Source: a virus (taxonomy: Duplodnaviria; Caudoviricetes). Taken from it: a stretch of 64,000 nt of DNA. A program made the translations under genes and the position numbers. Every line of letters starts with the position of its first letter. Position 1 is the first letter of the stretch. The stretch spans positions 18,597 to 82,596 of the IMG/VR virus record IMGVR_UViG_3300042673_001351, one strand, 5' to 3'. Below are positions 49,921 to 60,186 of the stretch, in pieces. The notes under the pieces were generated by a model. The model was not told the origin of the DNA. It saw only the letters and a program-made list of their open reading frames with translations, and did not search any database.

Positions 49921-50508
49921 TCAATATAGATTAACATCGTTTGGGGTCATTTTTAACCTCATGGATTGCTGAACATCTTTTGGCAAACTTTTAAATCTTT
50001 TGCTTTTTTTAATAATCTCACTGTCTTCTGGGGCAAAATTAACAAAAATAGCTATAACGTAATCATTTTCATTTAAGGATGGATACTTGGGCCTATTATG
50101 AAAGTCTTCATCTCCTTTTAAAAAGACTGCCGAGTTTGTTAAGCTTGGAAAATCTATGCCCTCAACTGTCAATGGCCAGTCTAGAGTTGAATCTATAATT
50201 ATGTTAAGTGTATGTGTAGCATAGAAGTCATCGATATGGTTTCCTAAAGAAGGAATAACCCCATCTTTTATCTGATATTTTACGCATTGGGTATAAACTA
50301 TTTCTAAATTATCAACATCAAATCCAGATCTAGCGGTTTTAATTAATAGGCTATTAATATCCTCATTGAATTCTATTGTGTTCCAATATCTTCCATAAAT
50401 TTTTGTATAATTAAAATCATCAGATGACTGTATGTGGTTTAAAACATAGTTTTTAATATTAACAAAATCTGTACTATCAAATATATTTTCTTTATAAAAT
50501 GATTTCAT
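49921..50508 (-). CDS. 2OG-Fe(II) oxygenase-like protein
   Basis: LGNHID...DWPL...H.R; paralog of 56880-57461. Confidence 0.6.
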   Translation of the reverse strand: MKSFYKENIFDSTDFVNIKNYVLNHIQSSDDFNYTKIYGRYWNTIEFNEDINSLLIKTARSGFDVDNLEIVYTQCVKYQIKDGVIPSLGNHIDDFYATHTLNIIIDSTLDWPLTVEGIDFPSLTNSAVFLKGDEDFHNRPKYPSLNENDYVIAIFVNFAPEDSEIIKKSKRFKSLPKDVQQSMRLKMTPNDVNLY

Positions 50509-50589
50509 TTTGCTCCCTAATAAATAAATCTTTGTTTTTTACTTAGCTGTTTTTTAATTTTTCTTTTTCTGTATATCAATATTATTTTT

Positions 50590-51543
50590 TTAATCATTAA
50601 ATAGTCCCCTTAGCTCTATTTCTTTCATAAAAGCTGATTTCCAATATTCATGAATAATGCTACCAGAATGACCATCTCTTTTATTTAACATTTTTTTAGA
50701 GACATTCATATCTGGGTATACATTATATATATATTCAAAGGCATCTTTTTTGCTTAAAGGGATAAACACATTGCTTTGATGATCAAGTCTAGATAAGTTA
50801 TTATTTTCATCGTACCACCAAGTAGAATATAAAAATCTAATATTATTTGATTTACAATAAGCAGTAAGCATTTTCCAGCCAACTGCAAACTCAATGTATT
50901 GCCTTTTGTGCTCATCTAAATCAAAAAGATTTTCATCTGGAATCGGATTGTGGATCTTGTTGGGATCCTTACCTTGACTGAATAAACGTGGATAGATTCT
51001 TTTTACATATTTTTGTGTATACTCCCACCTTTTATTTTTTTTATCCCAATAAAAATTTCTTCCAATATTTGGAAGCATTACAAAAAAATGAGTAGGTTTA
51101 CCGTATTTTTCTACATAAGTCATTAAGCTTAAAGCCACCTTGTGCCACCCATTACCAGATCTGGCTAATGAGTAATAGCCGCCTATATCATATTTTTCTT
51201 TTAATTCCGAATACAGATTGTACGCCCATAACTCATTTAAATTCCCGCCAACACCTTCAGTTTCAGAACATCCTCCAAACACTACGTGATATTTTTCTTC
51301 ATGCATAGTAGTAAAATCATCGCATCTAAAAAAATCTGAGTTGTATTCGTAGGATACAAGACCGTCGTCTTCGCCACGTTCCGTATTGAATGGGAGTTGA
51401 GTAAACTTTCTTGGCCGCTCTTCACCTGGAGGGAATTCATTAAAAAATGTTATGTCAAAGCTATTAGAAAAAACATCAATAACTCCTGAGCTATTTAAAA
51501 TATTTTCTTTGGTTATTTCAAAACCATCTCCATTGTCAGTCAA
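50590..51543 (-). CDS. SGNH-like hypothetical protein
   Basis: N...FRC, GCSETEGVG, C-terminal RDGH. Confidence 0.45.
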   Translation of the reverse strand: MTDNGDGFEITKENILNSSGVIDVFSNSFDITFFNEFPPGEERPRKFTQLPFNTERGEDDGLVSYEYNSDFFRCDDFTTMHEEKYHVVFGGCSETEGVGGNLNELWAYNLYSELKEKYDIGGYYSLARSGNGWHKVALSLMTYVEKYGKPTHFFVMLPNIGRNFYWDKKNKRWEYTQKYVKRIYPRLFSQGKDPNKIHNPIPDENLFDLDEHKRQYIEFAVGWKMLTAYCKSNNIRFLYSTWWYDENNNLSRLDHQSNVFIPLSKKDAFEYIYNVYPDMNVSKKMLNKRDGHSGSIIHEYWKSAFMKEIELRGLFND

Positions 51544-52234
51544 TTGCGCTCCTTAAATATATATCATAAAAGCCTAGCGGATGTAATGCTATTGCATCTA
51601 CGCTCCAATTTTTATTAAAAAACAAAAATTCATTTACCGATTGATAGGTACCATAAGGCACATCTTCAATTATACCATCATATATTAGGTAATCGTTTAA
51701 GCCTATAATTCCACCTGGCTTAACCATATTTTTTAGTTTATTTAAAGTCTCTCTAATAATTTTTCTTTCATTTGTAATGTCTACATATATATAGTCGTAT
51801 TTTTTACTTATATTTTCAAGTATTTGAGGAACATTTCCTTTTATTACATTGACATTGTTATATACACTAAATTTATTAATGATGTATTCTTGATGTGTTT
51901 CGGGAGTATATAATAGTTCATGTTTTGGTTCACATTGACATGATCCGAATTTTCTCCAAGACCAGCATTTTAAATCTTGGTTATACCAGTCTACTAAATC
52001 TATTGATGATGGGTTCTTTAAATTAGCAACAATATCTGAATAGTATCCCCAGGCAACACCAAGCTCCATATAATCACAATTTAATGGTAGTGTTTTTATA
52101 TATTCTTCTCTATTTGTGTATACCTTAGTTTTAGACAACTGCGACTGATCTATGTTATAAGAGCTTTCAATTTCATCATTTGCTAAATGTGTTATTTTAT
52201 CGAAATCAAATTGTCTAACTGGCTTTTTTGACAC
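51536..52234 (-). CDS. Class I SAM-dependent methyltransferase
   Basis: MELGVAWG, YDYIYVD, PGGIIGLNDY; paralog of 28130-28744. Confidence 0.75.
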   Translation of the reverse strand: MSKKPVRQFDFDKITHLANDEIESSYNIDQSQLSKTKVYTNREEYIKTLPLNCDYMELGVAWGYYSDIVANLKNPSSIDLVDWYNQDLKCWSWRKFGSCQCEPKHELLYTPETHQEYIINKFSVYNNVNVIKGNVPQILENISKKYDYIYVDITNERKIIRETLNKLKNMVKPGGIIGLNDYLIYDGIIEDVPYGTYQSVNEFLFFNKNWSVDAIALHPLGFYDIYLRSAID

Positions 52235-52240
52235 TGCTTA

Positions 52241-52930
52241 TTACCACTTGGTTTGTTCATCAAGAATTAAGCTTTTAGAATCCTCATATATTTTTTGTAT
52301 TTCATCAAACTCTGTATTATTTAAAATCATATCTTTTACTTTGTAGTATACATCTGGTTTTTTATCAATTGGTACTGCGTTATTAAATGACTCTTCCTCT
52401 TTTTTATGTGTCCAAATTCTTTCTTTAGCAGACTCTTTTAAACGGTCAATATCTTTATTATCTGCTTTAGTATTTAGTAAATGTTTAATTACATACTCTA
52501 TATCTGTAGTTACCTGTTCAAAAGTAAATGGCTTTAAATTTTTAATATTTTTTTCTATGCCATATGAATAATTTTTATAAACGTTAAACTGCTCAATAAT
52601 CAAACGCTCTAAGCTTACATAATTATATTCATGGGGCTGGGGGACTCCGCCTATTATGCTATTCCCTAGCCCAGACATAGATTTAGTAATTATCGATGGC
52701 ATTAAGTCTAATGGATCTCTTAGTATTGTTGTTTGGGTGACATTATCAAATTTTGCCAATAAAGTTACTGGGATATGCGACCTTATAATGAATGATGGAG
52801 AGTATATATTTGGGCCATACTTTATTTTATTAGTATGAAGATAATCTACATTATAGATATATAAAATAAATTGCAGCCAAGCAGTCCCACTTCTCGGAGC
52901 AGAATTTATTAATATTTTATCCTTTATCAA
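52241..52930 (-). CDS. Sulfotransferase-like protein
   Basis: APRSGTAWL; LRDPLD; paralog of 27444-28133. Confidence 0.6.
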   Translation of the reverse strand: MIKDKILINSAPRSGTAWLQFILYIYNVDYLHTNKIKYGPNIYSPSFIIRSHIPVTLLAKFDNVTQTTILRDPLDLMPSIITKSMSGLGNSIIGGVPQPHEYNYVSLERLIIEQFNVYKNYSYGIEKNIKNLKPFTFEQVTTDIEYVIKHLLNTKADNKDIDRLKESAKERIWTHKKEEESFNNAVPIDKKPDVYYKVKDMILNNTEFDEIQKIYEDSKSLILDEQTKW

Positions 52931-52933
52931 TGT

Positions 52934-53140
52934 TTACCTATCCTTTAATTCTTCTGCTGCCTCGTTAAATTTAGTCATAAATGTTTGAATTACCCAAAAA
53001 GTAGTCTCTCCCGCATTTTGTGCCATTGCTTTAGAGGACTCTTCTGTTCTATCTTCAATAGCAAGGGCGTTGTACCATTTCTGGTACAACTCCTCACCGA
53101 TTTCTTTAATTATTTCTTCTAGCACTGTCATGTTAGCCAT
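52934..53140 (-). CDS. Hypothetical protein
   Basis: ORF track. Confidence 0.5.
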   Translation of the reverse strand: MANMTVLEEIIKEIGEELYQKWYNALAIEDRTEESSKAMAQNAGETTFWVIQTFMTKFNEAAEELKDR

Positions 53141-54266
53141 TTATTTTTTTAGCCCACTCCAATTTAATTGCAGCCAGTTTATCTGCAGCCAGTTTAACTT
53201 CAGCTTGGTATCTTGCTTCCGCCTCTGAAATTGCTTTGTTAGCCTCAATTGTAAGAGCAGCCTTTGCTTCGGCAGCCAATTGCTCTGCAGTTTTAGTTAC
53301 TGGAGTAACTGGCTTTGCTACTGCTGGTGTACTTGGCTGAATTACGCTTGGATTGCTAGAAATAAGTTTACCATATTGCCCTCTAGCACCACGTATTGGC
53401 TTTGAATTATTATTAAATATATCTAAAACCTGTTGATAGGTTAAAGAAGGATTTGAATATTTAATGCCAGCCCATGTAGCAGCAGCAACTTGTGTTGAAA
53501 TTGATGAGCCTGTTGCATTTTTTACTGATCCGCCTGGAACTGCAACCTTCATGTTGCCGAGAGCATAGAAGTCTAATCTATCTTTATCAAAATTAGAATA
53601 GTTATCTATTTGCTCATATTGATCAGCCATGCCAATTGACATTGAATCATTAATGCAGGCTGGCCAAGATAACCTTGAAAGGTCTCTCATGTTTCCTGCT
53701 GCAAAAAATACTGGAGTTCCAGAAGAAACTAATGATGATATCGCTCCACGAAGCATTGGTGTTGCTGGGCAATAGTCCGTAAGACTTGTTAGTATAGAGT
53801 GGTTTGCTTGAGACATTGCAACGCTTTGAATGTTAAAACGAGATTTATTATCTAATACCCATTTTAATGCTAAAGATACACCAGTCTCACCAGTAACTTG
53901 ACGAGTACCAGAGGGGGTATTTCCAATTATTCTTATAAAAACAATTTTAACATTTGGATTAGTTGCTACTGCAACTGATGCCATTTGTGTTCCGTGATCA
54001 AAACCACTTGAAGAAATAATGTTTGATGGCAGTACAGAAGATCCTGGACCCTCCATAAACTTTTGACCATTTGGACATGAGGCCCATTCCAAAATACATA
54101 CTTCGTAAACAATTTTATCTTTAAAAATTGGCAAAGAAGTATCTAGTGCTGTATCTAAAACAGCTACTGTAGGTGCTTGTGTTTCCGCCTTAGCTTCTAC
54201 AGTAATTAACATGGTGGATAGCATTATCGCTACCGCTGTACTTGCAGTTATTAGTTTTTTATTCAT
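53133..54266 (-). CDS. Secreted subtilisin-like (S8) peptidase
   Basis: Signal peptide; VAVLDT, HGTQM, AAGN, TGSSIS; start refined by TAGAAT-N6-ATG. Confidence 0.8.
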   Translation of the reverse strand: MNKKLITASTAVAIMLSTMLITVEAKAETQAPTVAVLDTALDTSLPIFKDKIVYEVCILEWASCPNGQKFMEGPGSSVLPSNIISSSGFDHGTQMASVAVATNPNVKIVFIRIIGNTPSGTRQVTGETGVSLALKWVLDNKSRFNIQSVAMSQANHSILTSLTDYCPATPMLRGAISSLVSSGTPVFFAAGNMRDLSRLSWPACINDSMSIGMADQYEQIDNYSNFDKDRLDFYALGNMKVAVPGGSVKNATGSSISTQVAAATWAGIKYSNPSLTYQQVLDIFNNNSKPIRGARGQYGKLISSNPSVIQPSTPAVAKPVTPVTKTAEQLAAEAKAALTIEANKAISEAEARYQAEVKLAADKLAAIKLEWAKKING

Positions 54267-54465
54267 ATGCATATTCTACTAAATTAGTAGCATATATGTC
54301 AAGAGTTCTTGTCTAACCTTCTTTGATACCATTTGCCAGCGTCTAATTGTGGTTGAGCTAAGCTGTTTGCTTCCAAAAGAGTTGCAAGCATGTTATTTAA
54401 CAAATCTATCTCAAACTCTAGTTTGATTATTTGCATTTCTAATAGCCTTAATCTTTCTGACTTTC

Positions 54466-54675
54466 TCATTCTGGTCTATCCTTTGGTGTAGGGGCGGTTG
54501 CTAAGCTTCCGCAGTTGGCGCATTCCATGTCTAAAAAGTATGTTGAGATATCAAAATCTTCAAACACCACTTTAAGATTCCAAACAAAGCATCCGCATGG
54601 GCATACGTGAGTTGGAGTTCCTCTAAGATCCATTGACATATTGTTGTTTTCTGGTCTTAGATCATTAATGTCCAT
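54466..54675 (-). CDS. Small zinc-finger protein
   Basis: CPCG...CANCG. Confidence 0.6.
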   Translation of the reverse strand: MDINDLRPENNNMSMDLRGTPTHVCPCGCFVWNLKVVFEDFDISTYFLDMECANCGSLATAPTPKDRPE

Positions 54676-54690
54676 ATAGTTTATTATACT

Positions 54691-55260
54691 CTAAACTTCA
54701 ATTATTGTAAATGGTGGTCTAACAGACATGTTAAACTTAGAGGCAGCCTCTAGGGCCATCCTAACACGTTTACGAGGTGTTTTAATAGCAGTTGTAGAAA
54801 ACAGTGACCCTAAAGCCAACTCTTGTCCAGCACCCTCTGCCATATAAGCAACATCTGCTTCACCAATATGAAAATCGGTATCCATTACAAATATTCTACC
54901 TGAGCCTTGAACTGTGATGATAAAAACTCCACCTTCATCTCCGTCTTCCGTAGATCCTGCAGTTTGATTACCATAGCCTTGTTCTTTAAATGCCTCTTTA
55001 ATTGATTCTATAAACTTAGTACGCAAAAACTTATCTAAATTTTTGTAGCCAGCCGTAGGCTTATAAATTGGAGGTGTCCAGTTATATTGTAATATTTGAC
55101 CCATTCTAAAACTATCTACAAATCCTATACCGTATTGACCAACTTTAAAAACTTTTGGATCCACTCTGGAAAAAATTAAACCGCTCTTGTCGTCAGATGC
55201 GGCTGCATCGCCCCCTAATAGGACTTTGTTTTCATGGATTAAGGCTACTACGGCTGTCAT
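54691..55260 (-). CDS. Ntn-hydrolase (HslV/proteasome-beta-like) protein
   Basis: N-terminal MT-AVVA, GGD, KVFK, AEGAG..LALG. Confidence 0.65.
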   Translation of the reverse strand: MTAVVALIHENKVLLGGDAAASDDKSGLIFSRVDPKVFKVGQYGIGFVDSFRMGQILQYNWTPPIYKPTAGYKNLDKFLRTKFIESIKEAFKEQGYGNQTAGSTEDGDEGGVFIITVQGSGRIFVMDTDFHIGEADVAYMAEGAGQELALGSLFSTTAIKTPRKRVRMALEAASKFNMSVRPPFTIIEV

Positions 55261-55292
55261 GCTACTAGTATACTATTTATAAATTCGAAGGG

Positions 55293-55601
55293 CTAGCTCT
55301 CTTTTTCTGGAAAATCTAGGTCTGTGAGCTCTCTCAAGGCATTTTCAAGCTCGGATTTGACCATAATAAGGTCTTGAAGGGTGCTATAGTATTTATCTTT
55401 CCACTCAGTCAATTCTTTTTCTAACTGGTAGAGCTCTATTTTAAGATCTTTTAATTCTATTTTTAAATGGTCTTGCTCACGCTCTATTTGTCTATTTTTT
55501 TCTTTTTTATTATCGCTAACTCCAGCAATAATTGCCGTGCCCATGCCAGACAATATCGCTGCAGATATTGCAATAATTATAGTTGTCAGATCCAGATTCA
55601 T
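55293..55601 (-). CDS. Membrane-anchored coiled-coil protein
   Basis: N-terminal hydrophobic helix followed by heptad repeats. Confidence 0.55.
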   Translation of the reverse strand: MNLDLTTIIIAISAAILSGMGTAIIAGVSDNKKEKNRQIEREQDHLKIELKDLKIELYQLEKELTEWKDKYYSTLQDLIMVKSELENALRELTDLDFPEKES

Positions 55602-55631
55602 TATATATCATATTATACCGTATAATGTATA

Positions 55632-56365
55632 TTAAATTAATAACTCAGAAGCTGTAATTTCTTGTCCAACATACTTCCTTTTTAAAACAAATTCTCTAAC
55701 TACTTCTGCGCCTTGCTGGCGACCAGTTAATATAATTAGCCATCTTGGTTCAAATTTAGAAAGTATGCAAGACTCGCACATAAGTAAATTAATTGAAACA
55801 AGTGTTGACTTTTTCATAGTTAACTTGTTTTTTGTTTTATTGCATGAATAGCAAAGAACTTTATCCATTTTCACCCTCTTCTATGTGTGTAAACACTATC
55901 TCATCCATTATAATAAACTCCTCATTCCCTAGTAGCTCTTCATGCTCTATTTCATCTTTTGTATATTTAACATTAGACGCAAAAGCACCTAATTTTTCAA
56001 CGGTTCCATGCATATCATCTTCTGGGATATAAACGATTAATATCCTATCGTAATATTCTTTCACTAGGAACCCCTTCCAGTTCGCATCTTACCCCATATG
56101 ACTCTATCAATTTTTTTACTTTTGATACGTAGTCTATGACCATTTCTTTTTTAGTACCCTCAAATTGTATAAAGTTGTCTTCATACAATCTTAATGCTAA
56201 AAATTCTGGATATTTTACAACATCCATTTGTAAGTTGTTTGCTGGTTTAGATATTCCTCTTAAAGCTTTAGCCATTTCTGGTGTGTAAAATACTGGCTTG
56301 TTAGGCTCGCCAGTCCATTGATTTATTCCATGCTTAAAATGATTTTTGTTTTTATCAATGTACAT
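55632..56365 (-). CDS. Three small hypothetical proteins (55632-55868 CxxC, 55861-56064, 56045-56365)
   Basis: Overlapping ORFs. Confidence 0.55.
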
Positions 56366-56666
56366 TTTTTGCCTTCAATCTTTTCCATACTTCTGGTGAT
56401 TTATGAATATTCCTTGGCTTATCTATAGAACCAGAATTTAAATAAACTCCGCCCCAAACGCCATGCTCATTATTTTCAACACCAGTTTTGTAACACATTT
56501 TTATAACAGGGCAAGCCAAGCATGCCTCATCAATATTTTTTGCAATTTTATCATCTACTTCATATTTTTCATAAAATAGATTAGTGTCCATTCCCCTGCA
56601 TATAGAAAGATGCCACCAGTCTAAATCTTCTTCATCAATACCAATACTATTTAAAATATTTGACAT
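56355..56666 (-). CDS. whiB: WhiB-family Fe-S transcription factor
   Basis: W...ICRGMD..LFY...ACLACPVIKMC...GVWGG. Confidence 0.88.
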   Translation of the reverse strand: MSNILNSIGIDEEDLDWWHLSICRGMDTNLFYEKYEVDDKIAKNIDEACLACPVIKMCYKTGVENNEHGVWGGVYLNSGSIDKPRNIHKSPEVWKRLKAKNVH

Positions 56667-56880
56667 ATTGTTTTGGCAACCCCCATGATCCATTTTTGCT
56701 TACAATAAATTTTTTATGTGTACCCCAATTATTTTTATGATACATTCCATTAGCATTGTAGTATCCAGAACTATCCTGTTCCCACAAAACTAAATCATAA
56801 TTGTTCCAAAATGAATCTTGTAATTTATGATTGTATCTTTTAATAAACACATTAACCCCAAGCTCATTTAAATATAACAT
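56647..56880 (-). CDS. Hypothetical protein
   Basis: ORF track. Confidence 0.5.
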   Translation of the reverse strand: MLYLNELGVNVFIKRYNHKLQDSFWNNYDLVLWEQDSSGYYNANGMYHKNNWGTHKKFIVSKNGSWGLPKQYVKYFK

Positions 56881-57461
56881 TATTTTCTACTTGCCTTTTT
56901 TACTAAATCCATAATATTTTTTCTAAATTCTCTATCAATATCTTCCATATCTGCGTGTTCTAAGTGGCAAAATATCATATCGCATACATCATTAGAAGAA
57001 AATTCTACTTTTTTTCTAGAGTGAACCTGGTGGGTTCCAGAGAATGTTAATGCCTGATTATCTTTAAGGCTGTACTCTTTTCCATTTACAATAATTGGCC
57101 AATCTATTGTTGATTTAACCTGTATATCAAATGTTAACATTGGCTTTTTAAATACTGAATCTATATGAAAGTCTAAGTTTGGCATTATGTGTGAGGTTGT
57201 ATCATACCTAGCAAATTGTATTCCCAATATAGACATTCTTTTTCCATATGCCTGCTCAACCCTGTCTTCAATAGCATTAAATATATCTTCCGCACCATCA
57301 AATCTTGAATCAAATTCTTTTATATAAAAAACTGTTTGTCCCCATGGGTTATCGTTTTTAATTTTATCTTTTGGACAAACTTCCACAGCCTTATATATTC
57401 TATCAATTTGATCTTGAGTCAAAATGTTGTCTAAAATTTTATTTTCTATATCTGGATTCAT
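56880..57461 (-). CDS. 2OG-Fe(II) oxygenase-like protein
   Basis: LDFHID...DWPI...HSR. Confidence 0.6.
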   Translation of the reverse strand: MNPDIENKILDNILTQDQIDRIYKAVEVCPKDKIKNDNPWGQTVFYIKEFDSRFDGAEDIFNAIEDRVEQAYGKRMSILGIQFARYDTTSHIMPNLDFHIDSVFKKPMLTFDIQVKSTIDWPIIVNGKEYSLKDNQALTFSGTHQVHSRKKVEFSSNDVCDMIFCHLEHADMEDIDREFRKNIMDLVKKASRK

Positions 57462-58162
57462 TAGTATTGACTCAAATGTGAAGAGTCTTCTCCTTCGTTT
57501 ACCCATAAGTTTTTAGAAGCTTCGGGTATATACTCTTCAATTGGAATTTCCACCCCAACATCAAATGTATACCAAGTAGGCATTGTAAATCTCAATCCAG
57601 ACTCTACGTTTTTAACATAATGTAAATAATAATTATTGGCTGGAAATATGACGAGATCCCCTGCTTTTGGCTTTATTTCTAAATCGTAATCTGGCCATCC
57701 GATTTCTCCTCCAGTATAGTTATCATTTGGATATATTAATGCAGTAATGTTTAATTTATAATAATTAGACTTCATTAGTGGACTTCCGTCTGGGTACTGG
57801 CAATCAGAATGTAGCCCACTAGACATTTCAGGTTTCCATTTTACTATATGAAAAGGATTCCATGGCATATATTTTAGTTTTATGTCATATTTGTCACAGT
57901 ATTCTTTTTTCATTATTGAAAAAACTTTACTTCCGTATTCCATAATTAGTTCAAATAGCTCTTTATTTTCGTTTTTTATTTTATCTAAAGTCAATGTCTT
58001 GCCACCAGAAAACTCTGGGTCATCTTTGTATTTATCTATATAATTCATTACTAAATCTATTTCATCGTTTGTCATAAAGCCAGGTACGTGAATTATATTT
58101 TCTTTTGATTTACCAATCTTATCAAAATATTCTTGATAGTAGTCCCAAATATGCTTTGTCAT
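57461..58162 (-). CDS. 2OG-Fe(II) oxygenase, prolyl-4-hydroxylase-like
   Basis: HSD...YPNDNYTGGE...HYV...RFT. Confidence 0.8.
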   Translation of the reverse strand: MTKHIWDYYQEYFDKIGKSKENIIHVPGFMTNDEIDLVMNYIDKYKDDPEFSGGKTLTLDKIKNENKELFELIMEYGSKVFSIMKKEYCDKYDIKLKYMPWNPFHIVKWKPEMSSGLHSDCQYPDGSPLMKSNYYKLNITALIYPNDNYTGGEIGWPDYDLEIKPKAGDLVIFPANNYYLHYVKNVESGLRFTMPTWYTFDVGVEIPIEEYIPEASKNLWVNEGEDSSHLSQY

Positions 58163-58896
58163 ATCTTTTCCTCTATTTTTTTCTTAAATGATTCATATAC
58201 GTAATTTTGATCAAAGTCTTTGTGTGAGTCTATCTTAAAAAAACCGTTAAAATTATATTGTTCTAAAAATTCATTTGTTTGAGAGTCCCATGAGGTCCAT
58301 ATTAGATCTATCCCCGTATCTTTACAGTATTGATTTAAAAATGTAATTGATTGAATATACTTTAATGCAAGTAGTTGAAGTGGTAGATTATGAGGTTCTG
58401 CCATTAGGTTGTGCTCTTCGCCACCTGAATGCTGCCTATACATTTTGGGCTTGAATCCTTTTGCTTCTGGCCACCAACCGTATGCTCTTATTAGCTCTGG
58501 CATTAAAATAAAAAGTTTAGAGGGCTTTCCGTATAAATTAATATATTTTAAAATATTATAAATAAGTCTATCTGAATCTACACCAGGGTATGATATATTA
58601 ATAAAATTACATTTATCTTTAAAAAATTCATTATGTATTTTATAAGCCCAACCATCTTCATATTTAACGTCCATTGGTATTGTAAATTCACAACCAGCAA
58701 AAACTACGTGTGATTCTGAATCTTCAATTTTATTAAAATTATCACACCTTAATCCAACATTATTAAGCTTATAGTTTATGTCTTCTGTTTCTTCCCATGG
58801 ATTATGGTAATCAAATAGGGGCTCAACACGATATGAAAACCATGGGTAATAAGAGGGGCTAATCTCTTTAAGTATATCTAAATATTTTATTTGCAT
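58159..58896 (-). CDS. SGNH-like hypothetical protein, paralog of 50590-51543
   Basis: N..GLRCDNF...HVVFAGC...WAY...YGKP. Confidence 0.5.
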   Translation of the reverse strand: MQIKYLDILKEISPSYYPWFSYRVEPLFDYHNPWEETEDINYKLNNVGLRCDNFNKIEDSESHVVFAGCEFTIPMDVKYEDGWAYKIHNEFFKDKCNFINISYPGVDSDRLIYNILKYINLYGKPSKLFILMPELIRAYGWWPEAKGFKPKMYRQHSGGEEHNLMAEPHNLPLQLLALKYIQSITFLNQYCKDTGIDLIWTSWDSQTNEFLEQYNFNGFFKIDSHKDFDQNYVYESFKKKIEEKI

Positions 58897-58982
58897 TTTA
58901 CCTAATCTATGAAAGGATTGATCCTAGTACATAATTATACAGCAGTTTAAAATAGATTGTCAACTGATTTTATTATTTATTT

Positions 58983-59567
58983 TTAACCTTTAATTTCTTG
59001 TCCACATGATGAACATTTTTTTGAATTTTTTGCTTTAGAAGGAGATGCTACTTTTGTATTTGAAGCTGCACCAAACTTAGGTCTTCCAAAACCTACTATA
59101 GAAATTAGGACTCCTGCTTTATTCTTTTTGTAAGCACGAAGCTGTTTGCAAACTTCTCCGCCATTTCTTTGGCTTCCCTTTTTCTTTGAAGTAGTATTCC
59201 CTTCAATACACCAAACAGTTCCGTCTTCATTGTCTTCTACAACAATTCCTACGTGACTAATCCTATCTACACCATCTGATGGGAAATCAAAATAAACTAT
59301 ATCTCCTGGCTCTGGATCTGCAATGTCTCCATCGATCCATGATCCAGCTTTTTTAAATGCTTGTGCTCCACCTGGAGTGTAAACAGTATTAGGAATTTTT
59401 ACTCCAGCCTCGTTTGCACACCAGTTAACAAAACTTCCACACCATGGTTGAAAATCTGCTTTAGTAAATTTACCATATTTTGTTTCATTATCTTTTGGAC
59501 CTTCAATGGTTCCAACTTCTGCTGTAGCAACTTCAATAAGACGTGCTGCTGTGCCCTGATCTGCCAC
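58983..59567 (-). CDS. CHAP-domain peptidoglycan hydrolase (endolysin candidate)
   Basis: PWCGSFV, PGDIVYF, SHVGIV, IEGNT. Confidence 0.85.
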   Translation of the reverse strand: MADQGTAARLIEVATAEVGTIEGPKDNETKYGKFTKADFQPWCGSFVNWCANEAGVKIPNTVYTPGGAQAFKKAGSWIDGDIADPEPGDIVYFDFPSDGVDRISHVGIVVEDNEDGTVWCIEGNTTSKKKGSQRNGGEVCKQLRAYKKNKAGVLISIVGFGRPKFGAASNTKVASPSKAKNSKKCSSCGQEIKG

Positions 59568-59569
59568 TT

Positions 59570-59977
59570 TTATTTATTCCAATCAGTATCTACTGGTTGT
59601 TCTGCTGGCATAGCTCCGTCTGGCTTTGCTGCTAAACGTGCAGCGGTTGCATCAATTTCTGCTTCAAGTGTTTTATCTGCTGCAGTATTTTTAGCATCCA
59701 TCTCTTTATTAGCCAACTGTGCTGCCATCACATCTTTAGCTCCAGATGATCCAATTAGTAAGCCAGCAAGTGTTCCTGTAATAAATGTTGCAACGCTACC
59801 TAGAACGTTGAAGAACATCTTGTCGTTTTCTGATTGACCAGTAACTGGCTGTGTAACAAATATTAACGCATACATGATTCCTGTTGCTGTAATAAATAGA
59901 ATTGATCCTAGAGTTATACCTAAAATAAATTTAAGTCTTGCGTCTAAGTCTTGTGGGGATAATCTTTCTTTAGCCAT
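59570..59977 (-). CDS. Two-TM membrane protein (holin candidate)
   Basis: Two hydrophobic helices, directly upstream of the CHAP gene. Confidence 0.55.
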   Translation of the reverse strand: MAKERLSPQDLDARLKFILGITLGSILFITATGIMYALIFVTQPVTGQSENDKMFFNVLGSVATFITGTLAGLLIGSSGAKDVMAAQLANKEMDAKNTAADKTLEAEIDATAARLAAKPDGAMPAEQPVDTDWNK

Positions 59978-60167
59978 TTGTTGGCTCCTTCATCTCTACT
60001 AAGTCTTCTGGACAAGCCCCGTTAGCTGTACAGATTGGTGGTTTGCACTCTGCTGATTCCCAATTTGTTGGATCTTGGCATGGATAACGATAATGACCGT
60101 CATAGCCGCATCCACTTAAGGATAGCATTAGTATGCCTGATAAAGCAATAGGGATTAATTTCTTCAT
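59970..60167 (-). CDS. Small Cys-rich lipoprotein
   Basis: Lipobox LSGC; YPCQDP...CKPPIC...C; leaderless. Confidence 0.65.
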   Translation of the reverse strand: MKKLIPIALSGILMLSLSGCGYDGHYRYPCQDPTNWESAECKPPICTANGACPEDLVEMKEPTNG

Positions 60168-60186
60168 AACCCTATTATAGCATTTA

